Below, piece by piece: positions 31,812 to 42,509 of a DNA stretch of 64,000 bases (within the stretch, counting starts at the first letter, position 1; every line of letters starts with the position of its first letter). The stretch covers positions 7,224,483-7,288,482 of the forward strand of contig SMSO01000032.1 in NCBI GenBank assembly GCA_004764695.1, written 5' to 3'. The notes beneath the pieces were generated by a model, which was given only the letters and a program-made list of their open reading frames with translations, ran no database searches and was not told the DNA's origin. Made by a program: the position numbers and the translations under genes. This stretch comes from Schizochytrium sp. TIO01. Taxonomy: Eukaryota; Protista; Bigyra: Labyrinthulomycetes.

Positions 31812-34412
31812 TTAAGAGATAACACATACTTGACTTTCTGCTTTCCCTATCTCATGAGACTCCAGGCCAATGAGAGTAGGGTCGTCTATGTTGTCCACAT
31901 CTACAGCATACACGGCTGCAACAGGACGATGATCTGACATGCGGATCGTCGGCTCGCTAGCATAATGCAGTATTTGAATTGTGTCGGAACGGGTCGACTT
32001 GCAGAGAATCCGGTCTGTCCATGCAGGAATACGTTGCTTCTTTGATGTATCGTATAAGTCACTGTCTTTGTCGAATTTGTAGGTTGGTTTGAAGTGGAGA
32101 GGTCCCTCAATAAAATTGCGAAATACTCGTTTCGCCTTCATCTCCTTCCGCAGTTGGTCACTGTCGAGTAAAGAGTTGTGGCCTAGACGAGACTGGCTCT
32201 TAATCAACTCTTCAACCTTTTCGCGTTCTGCGTCGATTCGGTAATTAAAGTCACCCATCCAAAAGACCCGGTCAAATCTAGCAGACGCACGCCCTCGAGG
32301 ATCCGATTCTCCGACGATGTCATACCCACTTGGTAAGGGTTTATCAGAGCTATTACCCAACTTTGAGGGAGGCGCATCGGGTAGGTCATCATCATCAGAG
32401 TCACTTTCCTCCCCACTTTGGTCTGAGTCACCAGCTTTATGTTCCTCGGTATGATTATCTGCATGCTCGAAATCGCCTTGTTCTCTGCTATGCGAGGTTT
32501 GCTTCTTGCTTGTTTTATTTCGCATTGACGCAGCGCGCTTGGCCTTATCTGCAGATTGCTGTTGTAGCTGCTGCTGAGTCTGCTGTGTCTTTACACGAAA
32601 ACCTGGAGGTAGTGCAAGCTTCATGTCAATGCGATGAAAGTGTTCATTGCGTCGCTGTACTCGGTGCTGGTGTGCTTCAAAGTGAGAAGCAATGAACAAA
32701 AAGCTGGTTCGTCCAAGCTGAAATGAAACACCTACACCGCCCTTATTGCCAATGGTATCTCGATACCCTGTTGGCACGGCATGCGAGCCGACTTTAGAAA
32801 GAACAGGGAGCATTTGTTTACGTACAAAAACAGCAAGATGTGTTGCTTGTAGTGTATGACTTCGTAGCATTGAGTAGTCAGAACCCAGATATTGCGCTAG
32901 CCTTTGTTCCCAGTTTCTTTTTCGGGTAATTACAGCAGATTTTGCGATTGTACGCTCACATTCTTGGGTTCCAACAGCATATATATCAAATTCGCCTCTC
33001 GGAATGAGAATCTCAAGCGGTGCATCATCAGTAACGCTTTTGCCCATTAAATTCCAAGTGCAACAAAACACCATTGCTTGATTTGTTTTTCGCATGCGTG
33101 ATGTCAAACCTATGCCATCTGCTTTAGCATCATAACGTAACTCCTTAGGCCAACCTCTGGCATGGTCTTCATGGGAGTGCATATTAGAAAACTGAGTTTC
33201 CTCGGTTTCTTTTTCATATAACGCTTCAGAATTTCTATCTTTCGAAGAATCATGATAAAGGTTTCCATCAGTTTGGGCCTTGTTCGAATCAAAAATTATA
33301 TCATCATCATCATCGTCATCATCATCGTCGTCATCATCGTAATCGGCGTTGTCATCGCTAGATTCTTCATCGTTTCCATAGCTATCATCATCGTTTACAT
33401 TTACATCATCGTCACTCTCATCATCATTGTGCAAAATCTCTGATGCACTACTAGACAAGGCGTCATGTTCTTGCTGCATTCTATCACCAAGGTGTTTCTC
33501 ACTTGGAATAACTGCTGCAGCGTTGTCTCTCCTTGAACTATTTCGAGCATGGCGACTGCGATGTGAAGTTTCTGAGCCGGACATACTTTGATTGTCTTCA
33601 TCACTCAAGTTTCCATCAGAATTTTCTACACTAGACTCATCGCCACTACTGGCGAAGCGGCTATCCATGTCTTGCGATTGACTTGTTTGGTTGCACTTTC
33701 CCGGACTACAGGAAGTATCCGCCTTGTTTTTCATAGAGCGAGTGATCATACTATCAATTGAAGAATCTCGAAGCATTCGGTTGCTACATGTTTTTGAGGG
33801 ACTATCTTCCACATGATTCCCACATTCTTCATCACCTCCAACACGAGGAAATCGCTCACCACCATTTGAGGATAACTCTTTTAACTTCGAGGTTCTCCTG
33901 TGATCCTCTTCCTCTTCTTGGGAACTCTCTACACGTGGTGTAGAATGAACCATAGACCGCGACGATTTCATGTTTGACGCACTGCTATGAATTGATGAAG
34001 GAAAGCAGCTCTTCGTACTGCTAGAGGTTGCCTGGACTTCATCGTAAGAGTTTTTAATATCGCTTGTCGTGCTGATGATACTGTCATAATTCTTAGATCT
34101 AATGACTTCTTTCGAAGTATCCTTGCTTTTCTTTGTTGGGGGCTTTGGTGAGGGCAATATCCCTTTTGGGGCATACTGTACTTCGGCTGCATCAAATAAA
34201 TCCATAATACGACCTTCGTCGATATGAACTTGTTCTGTGACAAGCCTCATAAAGTTTTCAACCTTTTGCTTATTTTCATCGAGAAAGCCAAGAAGCTCAA
34301 GCTCTCTTGCAGCGGTCATGCTATGAAATACAAAACCTCCCTCCTCACTTTTGCCAGGCGCCCCTTCCAGAGGAGCATGTGTCCCATCTTCACAAACAGT
34401 CGCGGGCGACAT
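31812..34412 (-). CDS. Inositol polyphosphate 5-phosphatase, INPP5E-like, with C-terminal CaaX
   Basis: IPPc motifs TWNL, VGTQE, GNKGGV, SHFEAH, VFWMGDFNYR, PTYKFD, RIPAWTDRIL and SDHRPV. Ends in CVIS (CaaX), like INPP5E. Confidence 0.9.
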   Translation of the reverse strand: MSPATVCEDGTHAPLEGAPGKSEEGGFVFHSMTAARELELLGFLDENKQKVENFMRLVTEQVHIDEGRIMDLFDAAEVQYAPKGILPSPKPPTKKSKDTSKEVIRSKNYDSIISTTSDIKNSYDEVQATSSSTKSCFPSSIHSSASNMKSSRSMVHSTPRVESSQEEEEDHRRTSKLKELSSNGGERFPRVGGDEECGNHVEDSPSKTCSNRMLRDSSIDSMITRSMKNKADTSCSPGKCNQTSQSQDMDSRFASSGDESSVENSDGNLSDEDNQSMSGSETSHRSRHARNSSRRDNAAAVIPSEKHLGDRMQQEHDALSSSASEILHNDDESDDDVNVNDDDSYGNDEESSDDNADYDDDDDDDDDDDDDIIFDSNKAQTDGNLYHDSSKDRNSEALYEKETEETQFSNMHSHEDHARGWPKELRYDAKADGIGLTSRMRKTNQAMVFCCTWNLMGKSVTDDAPLEILIPRGEFDIYAVGTQECERTIAKSAVITRKRNWEQRLAQYLGSDYSMLRSHTLQATHLAVFVRKQMLPVLSKVGSHAVPTGYRDTIGNKGGVGVSFQLGRTSFLFIASHFEAHQHRVQRRNEHFHRIDMKLALPPGFRVKTQQTQQQLQQQSADKAKRAASMRNKTSKKQTSHSREQGDFEHADNHTEEHKAGDSDQSGEESDSDDDDLPDAPPSKLGNSSDKPLPSGYDIVGESDPRGRASARFDRVFWMGDFNYRIDAEREKVEELIKSQSRLGHNSLLDSDQLRKEMKAKRVFRNFIEGPLHFKPTYKFDKDSDLYDTSKKQRIPAWTDRILCKSTRSDTIQILHYASEPTIRMSDHRPVAAVYAVDVDNIDDPTLIGLESHEIGKAESQVCVIS

Positions 34413-35684
34413 TGAGCGGGCTTGCAGGGCTGCTGGACCCTATCAAAAGCCCTTTGTAGCTCGCTTAACCAGGCTCGCAGTAGTGAGTAGCAGACTCTTC
34501 AGCCTCCTTTGGCACATTTTATTCTGGGTTGATCAGGCAGGAGAACCCTATATGGCCGTTGACATCAATGTTTAGCAAAGAGAGGGAAACTCATAACACT
34601 ATCGAGACGAATATATGAATCAGTAAATGGTCTCCCTGGAGTCGCTTCTAAGTGGGGTTCAACTTATTTTTAGCCGTTGACCTCGAGGTCATCCAAGATT
34701 ATACACACTCACCGGTTGGTGAGAGGTTTGTGTTTTAAACAACTTTTATACTATAACGGATACATCCTTTGATGGTCAACACATCCACCCGAACACAAAT
34801 CAGAGATGCAACACATGGTGCTGTGTGGTACATAATTAAGATATCTAGTTACAGCAGTTGTTTTCTTTGGGGTATGGTCAGACTCAAGGGTCTGCGCAAG
34901 TCAAGGTTCTTGAACGACCCATATTGCTCTATCCCTAGTCACTGTTTCTTGATGAACTTTAAGGAAGAAAAGATCCGTTTAAAATTGTCCTAAAAGAGAT
35001 TTAAGCTATTCAATGAACATGGTACTTTCTATGACGACTTGCATCAAGTTGTAACTTACTCCGGACCTTTTAGAATGTTGAGTTGATAACAAACAAAACA
35101 AAAAAACATACAGAAAAAAACACGATGGTGAAATTGATATGTATACATTTCTAACATTAAACTGAATTAGTATTTGGATATGGTTCTCAGCATTACTTGC
35201 ACAGTCTCTGCTTGTAAGACATCTTGCTTGCTATCTTGCTGAAGAGTAGGATTCGAAATGCCCAACACCTGATGTAAGATAATGCATTCGAGACAACGGA
35301 TCTTGATTGCTCAAAAGTGTCAAAGTGTTGGAGTTCTAAAAAACGTTAGACTCTACTTCTGCACGTTCCTGCTCTCTAAGAAACGAAATAAGCTTCATCA
35401 TAGGTGGACGGATCATCTATGTTACTCAACGGTTTAATGAAATAAAATAGCACTATTCAATATGAGCCCGACCTTAAGGGAATAATACTGATCACTTCAA
35501 CGCTCAAATGCACAGAGTCCTTAGTAAAATAGTAAGTTACACTATGCAAAGAACCGCTTGGTGTCCAGTTCCGTTTGCCAGAAAAAAAGCTCAGCTGCAA
35601 ATCCCAAACTGATCTTGAAGCTTGCCTAGCACGAGCTCAGCAATCCTCTACTTGTCACTTCGTGAGCAATTCAACTAATTTAAA

Positions 35685-36230
35685 ATGATGCGTAATTTGC
35701 TTGTAGCCCTTTGCCTTCTGGCAGCTCCACAACTTTCATTCGGTGTAGATTTGATCACCTGTGCTTCTGGAGAAAGTCTTTGCTGTGATGCGCAGGACAC
35801 TAGTGTTTCTTCGTACAACTTCATCGCATCCGACATTCAGGGATGCGGAACCTGGAGCTCTGACGCCAGTGACTCAAACTACTGTGTCCGTCTCATCACA
35901 AACTATGATTCCTCCGTTCTGGAAGGGTCCTCTTGCTGGTGCGGAACTTCGAACAGCAGTGTAGACAATGGAGACTGGATGTATGACTGTGATGCTGAGC
36001 AATGCACTGAGAACCCCACTGGTACCACATCTTCTTACCCTGTGTTTTGTGATCTTGTTGAGGAGGTTGAGGGCTTTTTCGCTGCTCTTGGTACCCTCTT
36101 TATTGTTATCATTGTCGCAGCAGTTGTTGCCGTCATCGGTATCATTGTTTGCATCTGGTTCTGCTGCTGCAAAAACAAGGGCGGAACTCAAGTTGTTGTT
36201 GTTCAGTCCCCGGGTGGTGGAGACAAGTAA
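35685..36230 (+). CDS. Cys-rich single-pass (type I) membrane protein, paralogue A
   Basis: Signal peptide MMRNLLVALCLLAAPQLSFG, 10-Cys ectodomain, TM LFIVIIVAAVVAVIGIIVCIWF and juxtamembrane CCC. Clear homology to 42510-43088. Confidence 0.88.
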   Translation: MMRNLLVALCLLAAPQLSFGVDLITCASGESLCCDAQDTSVSSYNFIASDIQGCGTWSSDASDSNYCVRLITNYDSSVLEGSSCWCGTSNSSVDNGDWMYDCDAEQCTENPTGTTSSYPVFCDLVEEVEGFFAALGTLFIVIIVAAVVAVIGIIVCIWFCCCKNKGGTQVVVVQSPGGGDK

Positions 36231-36938
36231 GACCATTAGAGTTCTCGTAGATTTTTGTATAACGCAATTTGTTTTCTATTTTGACTGTTCTACCCTTATG
36301 TCTTCCTTTGCATAGATAATTGCAGGAGGGAAAAAAGAAAAAGAGGAAGATCCACTACCTTGTTGTCGTGATTTTTAGTATTTGGGATTAATGCATATCC
36401 ATGTTTCGTAAGAACCCAATTCCTCCTTTTCATTCTTCTTTATTTTAAAAAATGAGGAAGAAGCGCCTACAATCTGGGCATTGTTGTTTATAATTCATAG
36501 CCGTGGATTTGCTTTTCGTTACAACAGCACACAACAGGTAATCTGAAGCGGCTCTCATTGCTAAAAGTTATTCATATAAATGGCACGTGATGGTATGTGC
36601 ACATGCCATATATTAGAATTCTCTGTTAACTATGTTACTTTGCGTGTTTTGATCTTAGCACCGAATTATATCGTGCTTCCATATTGACTCGTCTAATATA
36701 GTAAAAATGTAGCTGCGTGAACAACTCTGTTCCAAGGAAATCGTCGTGCAATATGAACTCCTCGTTTGGTGGATTTCTAGGCTTGACGAATTTTGTCCTG
36801 CACGTATTTGCTTTCGCAGCTGTCTTTATTTCCAGTTGCAGATTGTTGCCACGTAAACATTTTCGCGTCTTAAATATTCTGTAGTTTGTAACTAGAGCGT
36901 CCCTTGATCAATTAGTTCCTCAATTGAAGGGCACTAAG

Positions 36939-37299
36939 TACTGAGAAGGAATTCAGACACATCTCTGCGACATGACTTCGCAAGATTAAGAGGAGCCCCT
37001 ATCTGACGAGAGCAGGACAAAAGTGTCACGATGGCATGATGGGTGATGTCATGCTGGCATGATGGGTGATGTACAACACTGCGCTGGAATCAGCCAGGGA
37101 ATGAAGGGAATCAAGCAAGCATCAAGAGGAGTCTGCAAAGCAAAACCTGCAGGCAGACCCGAAATACCAAAGCGACCAGAAGCACTTGAATTTATCAAGC
37201 ACATTCTACAAGACAATCCTAGCCATAGTAATAACTAATTACTACCACCTAAGACATTTACCCAAATACCTCTAAGTAATCATAACCACGTTTTCACTA
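36939..37299 (+). repeat. 5' LTR (TACTGAGAA...TTTTCACTA)
   Basis: Identical by eye to 41715-42075; contains an internal duplication TGGCATGATGGGTGATGT. Confidence 0.95.
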
Positions 37300-37312
37300 G
37301 GTTATGGGCCCA
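37300..37312 (+). promoter_or_regulatory. Primer-binding site GGTTATGGGCCCA complementary to the anticodon arm of initiator tRNA-Met
   Basis: Immediately follows the 5' LTR. Matches the internal (half-tRNA) PBS type known from Drosophila copia. Confidence 0.88.
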
Positions 37313-37331
37313 AGATAACTCATTTGGAAAA

Positions 37332-37850
37332 ATGTCTCAGCACGAAGAAAACGCAACCTTCTCGTCTCAAACAGACGCGACGGCCGGTGCCAACCGAGAA
37401 AATAGGAGGATCCAAGTATACGAGCGTGTACTGATCCAATGACTAAACTAGCTATGGATACAAAACTATATGCCTTTCTAGTAGGAATAGTAAGCTCACA
37501 AGCAGACTTACTTTTCGTCATGAACAAGAACAATACAGAAACCATGTCAGGCCTCAAGGCATGGGAGAACCTGGAAGCGCATTTCTTATCGAAAAACAAT
37601 GGAGGAGCCATAGCTTTGATAAAAGCATTCTCAGCCTTAAAACTCAAGAAAAGAACTCATCGCGAGACAACGACGAGGAAAATCAGAGTTCAAAGTCCTT
37701 TATGCTAAGGCAGAATCGATAGTGGAAGAACTACTCACTTATGTGGACCCAAACAATGTGGCAAAAGAAATTGCTTCATTAATGCTACTTACGACACTAA
37801 GCAGCATAGGGTCATTCGCATCTAGCTCTGAACTCAGGACAATCCTGGCG
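37332..37850 (+). pseudogene. gag: Frameshifted, truncated gag
   Basis: ATG 37332 (MSQHEEN...) stops at ~37440. Other frames give SGLKAWENLEAHF (Copia gag-like) and EFKVLYAKAESIVEEL. No CCHC zinc knuckle before the protease. Confidence 0.7.
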
Positions 37851-40043
37851 GGTAATAGAAAGAGTCTCCATACGGGATGCACAAGAACGATTACTGCCAA
37901 TCGAGATGTATTCATAGAATTCTACAACCTCCCTGATAAGAGACGCATAGAAGTGGCAGGCGGCACACACCTCACCGTTACTCAAGGTGGAGTTGCACTC
38001 TTTGAGGTTCCAACCACTGACGGGAAAGTTACACAGATACGCCTCATGGCAGACTACTGTCCAGCAATGAAATCTACTCTCATCTCTACAAGTGACCTTC
38101 TTGCACAAGGCTATGATATCCACTTACGACAACTTATTATGGATACCCCTAGTACAGAACAAATACAGTTGGGTTCATATCATGGATCTCCAACACTAAC
38201 ATTCAGTACCAAACAACAAGCTCTGGCAGTAACCACTACCCAAGTCAATAACAAGGACTGGCTAACATTGCATCTACGTCTGGGCCATCCTAATCCCATC
38301 CGGATGTCACATACATTAGGCGTCCCGGTCTCCAAAATCAAATTTCGATGCCCTCAATGCATGTTAGCTAACATCAAGACGCGACCTGTCCCACAGGGAC
38401 CACATGAAGACCGTTCCTACAAACCACAACAAGCCGCGACACTTGATGTAGTAGGACCAATGCCTGTCGATGGCTTACCCAAGAACATTCGATATGTTCT
38501 AATAGCGCGAGATTTAGCCTCAGACATTGCTCAACCATACGGAATGACTACTCCGAGCGAAGTTTCAATTGCTCTCAAAGGATGGCGTGCCGACTGGCAT
38601 GGCTATGAGAAACGTCCAGCTCGCCTGTACGTAGACGGAGCCAAATATTTCCTTCATGGAGAATTCCGACGTCTCTGTAACGAATGGGATTGGACACTTA
38701 GCATTAGTCCCAGTGGAGCTCACGCTCTACACCCAGCGGAATCAATAAATGGCACTTTCCTACGACTTACTCGAGTCTTACTCCGTACGGCACAACTTCC
38801 AGATAAATTCTGGTGGCTCGCATATCAGCACGCAGCCTATCTCCGGAATCGTTTATGCACTCAACGTCATCGAATCTCACCATACGAACGTCACTATGGC
38901 AAACCGCCATCCCTTGATCATTTACATATCTTTGGGAGTGATGTGGTCTTCAAGAATCAGAATCCTCCAAACAAACTTACACCTAGAGGTCTACGCGGAC
39001 TGTACCTAGGCCCTGCACGGGAGTACAATTATGATACGCATCTCATCCTAACTCGAGACACGAAACGTTTTGTTGTTAGCCGAGATGTCGTTTTCTATGA
39101 TGACTTCATTACGAATCGCGTACTCAACTGCTTTGAAGATCCATTGAATTCTGGACCACTAACCTCACCTGCATTGTCACGCACTCCACATGGTACATCC
39201 GATACCAATAACTGGGCTGACGTACCAAACTCTACTAACCTTACTCCTTCATTTGAAACACCCTTGGGGACTAACCGCCCGACTATAAACACATCCTCTA
39301 ACAGTACTGTGACAGCTTCACCGCTTGAGCACACTGCTCGGGCTTTACCGCCCGACAAAGATGGAATGACCTCACAGTCTCCACTTAATATTCTATCACC
39401 CACTCTAAATGAACCGATTTTGAGTTCCCCTCTTTTATCAAGACGGGCGACGAGTGCGGTCATGTTAATGAATGAGAAACCTGCCTTCGCTAACCCCGGA
39501 GCAGACGATTATGAGAATCCTGACTTTGTATCAGACGATTATGAGAATCCTGACTTTGTATCAGACGATTATGAGAATCCTGACTTTGTATCAGACGATT
39601 ATGAGAATCCTGACTTTGTATCAGACGATTATGAGAACCCTGACTTTGTATCAGATGATTATGAGAACCCTGACTTTGCTAGAGTCGAAGCAGATGCCTA
39701 TGAATCACATAGAAGTACAAATGATCAAAATACACTACTCAGAGCACCCTCCCATAATGCAGGAGATGAAAACGATGCTGATAATAACGATGATGATTAT
39801 AAACCCTCACAGGAACCTATCATCACCACGGGCATCAGACGTAGCAGTCGTACACGAATTCCAGTTACACGTATTAACATTGACGCTGAAACTGCATTTG
39901 GTGCAGCAAATAGACACACATACAGTGCACTTAATATACCCGTAACCGGAATGGGGGAGCAGTCCCAACCTGACTTCTCAGGAATGGGGGAGCGTGTTTT
40001 CCATGACACATACTCAACACGGAACCAAACGTCCACGCTCTGA
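37722..40043 (+). pseudogene. pol: pol part 1: gag remnant, aspartic protease (D->H), integrase (HHCC + DDE), repetitive linker
   Basis: LHTGCTRTIT occupies the D(S/T)GC protease site. LHLRLGH...CPQC zinc finger. LDVVGP / YVDGA / AESIN catalytic triad. SPYE..GKPPSL.HLHIFG and VVSRDVVF. Confidence 0.9.
39502..39678 (+). repeat. 30-bp coding minisatellite, 6 copies (DDYENPDFVS)
   Basis: Unit CAGACGATTATGAGAATCCTGACTTTGTAT; ATGAGAA phase recurs at 39511, 39541, 39571, 39601, 39631 and 39661. Confidence 0.95.
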
Positions 40044-41782
40044 CGGAGCCTTTCATGCTTCACGTCAGGGGGAGAATCTAACAAATTCCGTAAAGCAGAA
40101 AACCAACAACAGCAATGTCATGCAAACAGTACAAAATTCCATTATGCGACTGACTCCAAATATCACAGTTCCAAAGACATACAAAGAATTTACAAGGATG
40201 AAGCCTGAAGATCAAGAACCTTGGATAGAAGCTATTCGGAAAGAATGGTCAAACCTTGAACGAAGCGGCACTTTCTTACTGGTCCCAAGATCTACTGCCA
40301 CCACAGGTACCATGGGAGCCAGATGGGTATTTACCTACAAAGAAATCGAAGACATCGCAAAAGCACGACTAGTTGTGCAAGGCTTTGACGAACCACTCGA
40401 ACCGAAAGTCGACGTCTATGCACCAACTTCAGATCGCCTAACACTTCGAACTGCTCTTGTAGTTGCTCTAACTCGAAATTGGGCAACAGCAGTACTAGAC
40501 GTGTCCGCAGCCTTTCTTCAAGCTGAAATCGACCACGACAACGAGAATATCTTTGTAGAACCACCTGAAGGTGTAACAGTCCCGGATGGACATGTTTATA
40601 AGTTAGCTCGCTCACTTTATGGCCTCCGAACAAGCCCAAGACGTTGGTCCCAGCATTTGTCAAAGACACTCTGTGACAGTGGACTCAGGAAAAGCAAATT
40701 TGATCCCAGTTGCTACATGAACGAAAATACCATTATCATTACTCATGTTGATGATCTTTTCATATTTGGAACGACAAATGCGGTTCGCAACACTGTTCAA
40801 GCACTTATGAACAAGTACGAGGTAAAAGTACAACACAATCCAGAAGAAGTGTATTACTTGGGACTCAAATTCAAGTACAACAGACGAGACAAAGTGTGCA
40901 CAATCTCGCAAGAAAAATTCGCTGCAAAGATACTCGAGACTAGTGGAATGTCCAACGCAAACTTTACTAAAACACCATTAGAAAAGGGGTGTAGTTTACC
41001 GGACCATCCAATAGAGGAACAACACAGGGACTACAGATCGATTCTCGGAAAATTACTTTACTTAGGACAGACTAGGATCGACTTAGCATTCGCACTTCAT
41101 CAAGTCAGCAGACACGGACATAAGAATGGTGACATTCACATGCATGCCCTAAAACGAATAATGCGTTACATTAAAGGAACCCAGGAGTATGGATTAACAT
41201 TACGAGGACATACTTCCGAACAAGACTTACAAATTAACGTATTCGCAGATGCGAGTTATGCTGCAGTTGAAGATCCTCACCTTAAATCTGTTTCTGGTTA
41301 TGTGATTAGAATTAACGACAGTGCAGTACTGTGGAAATCCACCCGCCAATCAATGATTGCCTTAAGTACTCTGGAAGCCGAAATGATGAGTATTCATGAA
41401 GCCACACGAGCTGCAATAGGAGTCAAAAAATTTCTTACACGAACTCGGTGTGAATACAGGAGTCATACATATTTACACGGACTCTCAGTCAGTCGTTGAT
41501 GTATTAAACAGAGGTCACTGGAACGACCGTAATAAACACTTGGCTCTCAAATATCTCAGTTTATCAGTACTACAAGAAGAAGGCAAGATCAAAGTATATC
41601 ACATTCCCGGCCAACTTAACCCTTCAGACTGTTTGACAAAGTCCTTACCTATTGAGCCACATTGGAGACATAGCGACACACTCATGAAAGCTCAACCGGC
41701 GGACTTGGGGGGAGTACTGAGAAGGAATTCAGACACATCTCTGCGACATGACTTCGCAAGATTAAGAGGAGCCCCTATCTGA
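39994..41782 (+). pseudogene. pol: pol part 2: reverse transcriptase and RNase H, split by a frameshift at ~41425-41430
   Basis: RT motifs KARLVVQGF, LDVSAAFLQ, SLYGLRTSPRRW and HVDD. RNase H FADASYA, STLEAE, then YTDSQS and NPSDCLTK in another frame. An extra A in the AAAAAA run explains the shift. Confidence 0.92.
41707..41714 (+). promoter_or_regulatory. Polypurine tract GGGGGGAG
   Basis: Purine run immediately 5' of the 3' LTR. Confidence 0.85.
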
Positions 41783-42075
41783 CGAGAGCAGGACAAAAGT
41801 GTCACGATGGCATGATGGGTGATGTCATGCTGGCATGATGGGTGATGTACAACACTGCGCTGGAATCAGCCAGGGAATGAAGGGAATCAAGCAAGCATCA
41901 AGAGGAGTCTGCAAAGCAAAACCTGCAGGCAGACCCGAAATACCAAAGCGACCAGAAGCACTTGAATTTATCAAGCACATTCTACAAGACAATCCTAGCC
42001 ATAGTAATAACTAATTACTACCACCTAAGACATTTACCCAAATACCTCTAAGTAATCATAACCACGTTTTCACTA
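41715..42075 (+). repeat. 3' LTR
   Basis: Identical to the 5' LTR; directly follows the PPT. Confidence 0.95.
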
Positions 42076-42509
42076 GGCACTAAGTACTTCCGGGACACTG
42101 AACAATATTCAACGGATATTTTCTTTTTAAAAAAATAAGAGAAAGATAGAGACGAACTAAACCAAATGCTTTTCCTACAATATTTTTCAATAAGCGATGA
42201 TATAAAACTCTTATAGTGAAGAAGACAAACTGAGACACCTTGACAGAATTCAATATGCTTCCTTTAACTATCATAGATTTTCAGTTCAACTTCCTAGTTG
42301 ATATGTGAGTAGGCCCCGCTTTTAAAAAGCTCTTTACAATTCTCATAATAAATCAAATCTATCCCTCTCATCTCTGAATTTGCTTCGCTCTCCCCCTGAT
42401 GTCCAAGAAGAAGCGTGCTTGGACAATGAGTTATGAAGTATAAAGATACAAATAAGCGACAAACTCTTTTCGTCAGCAAAGCCATAACGTGTCATCGTTT
42501 AGCAATATC

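Larger units (their letters stand above)
36939..42075 (+). mobile_element. Ty1/Copia LTR retrotransposon, 5137 bp, defective coding region
   Basis: Two identical 361-bp LTRs, PBS, PPT and a flanking direct repeat. Domain order gag-PR-INT-RT-RNaseH is the Copia order. Confidence 0.97.

Noticed and set aside
39502-39678. 30-bp repeats as a possible CRISPR array
   Set aside because: Head-to-tail units with no unique spacers, in frame within pol, in a eukaryotic context.
36942-42072. Canonical TG...CA LTR boundaries (TGAGAA...TTTTCA)
   Set aside because: The flanking TAC and CTA are present at both LTR copies and no TSD abuts these boundaries, so they appear internal to the repeat.
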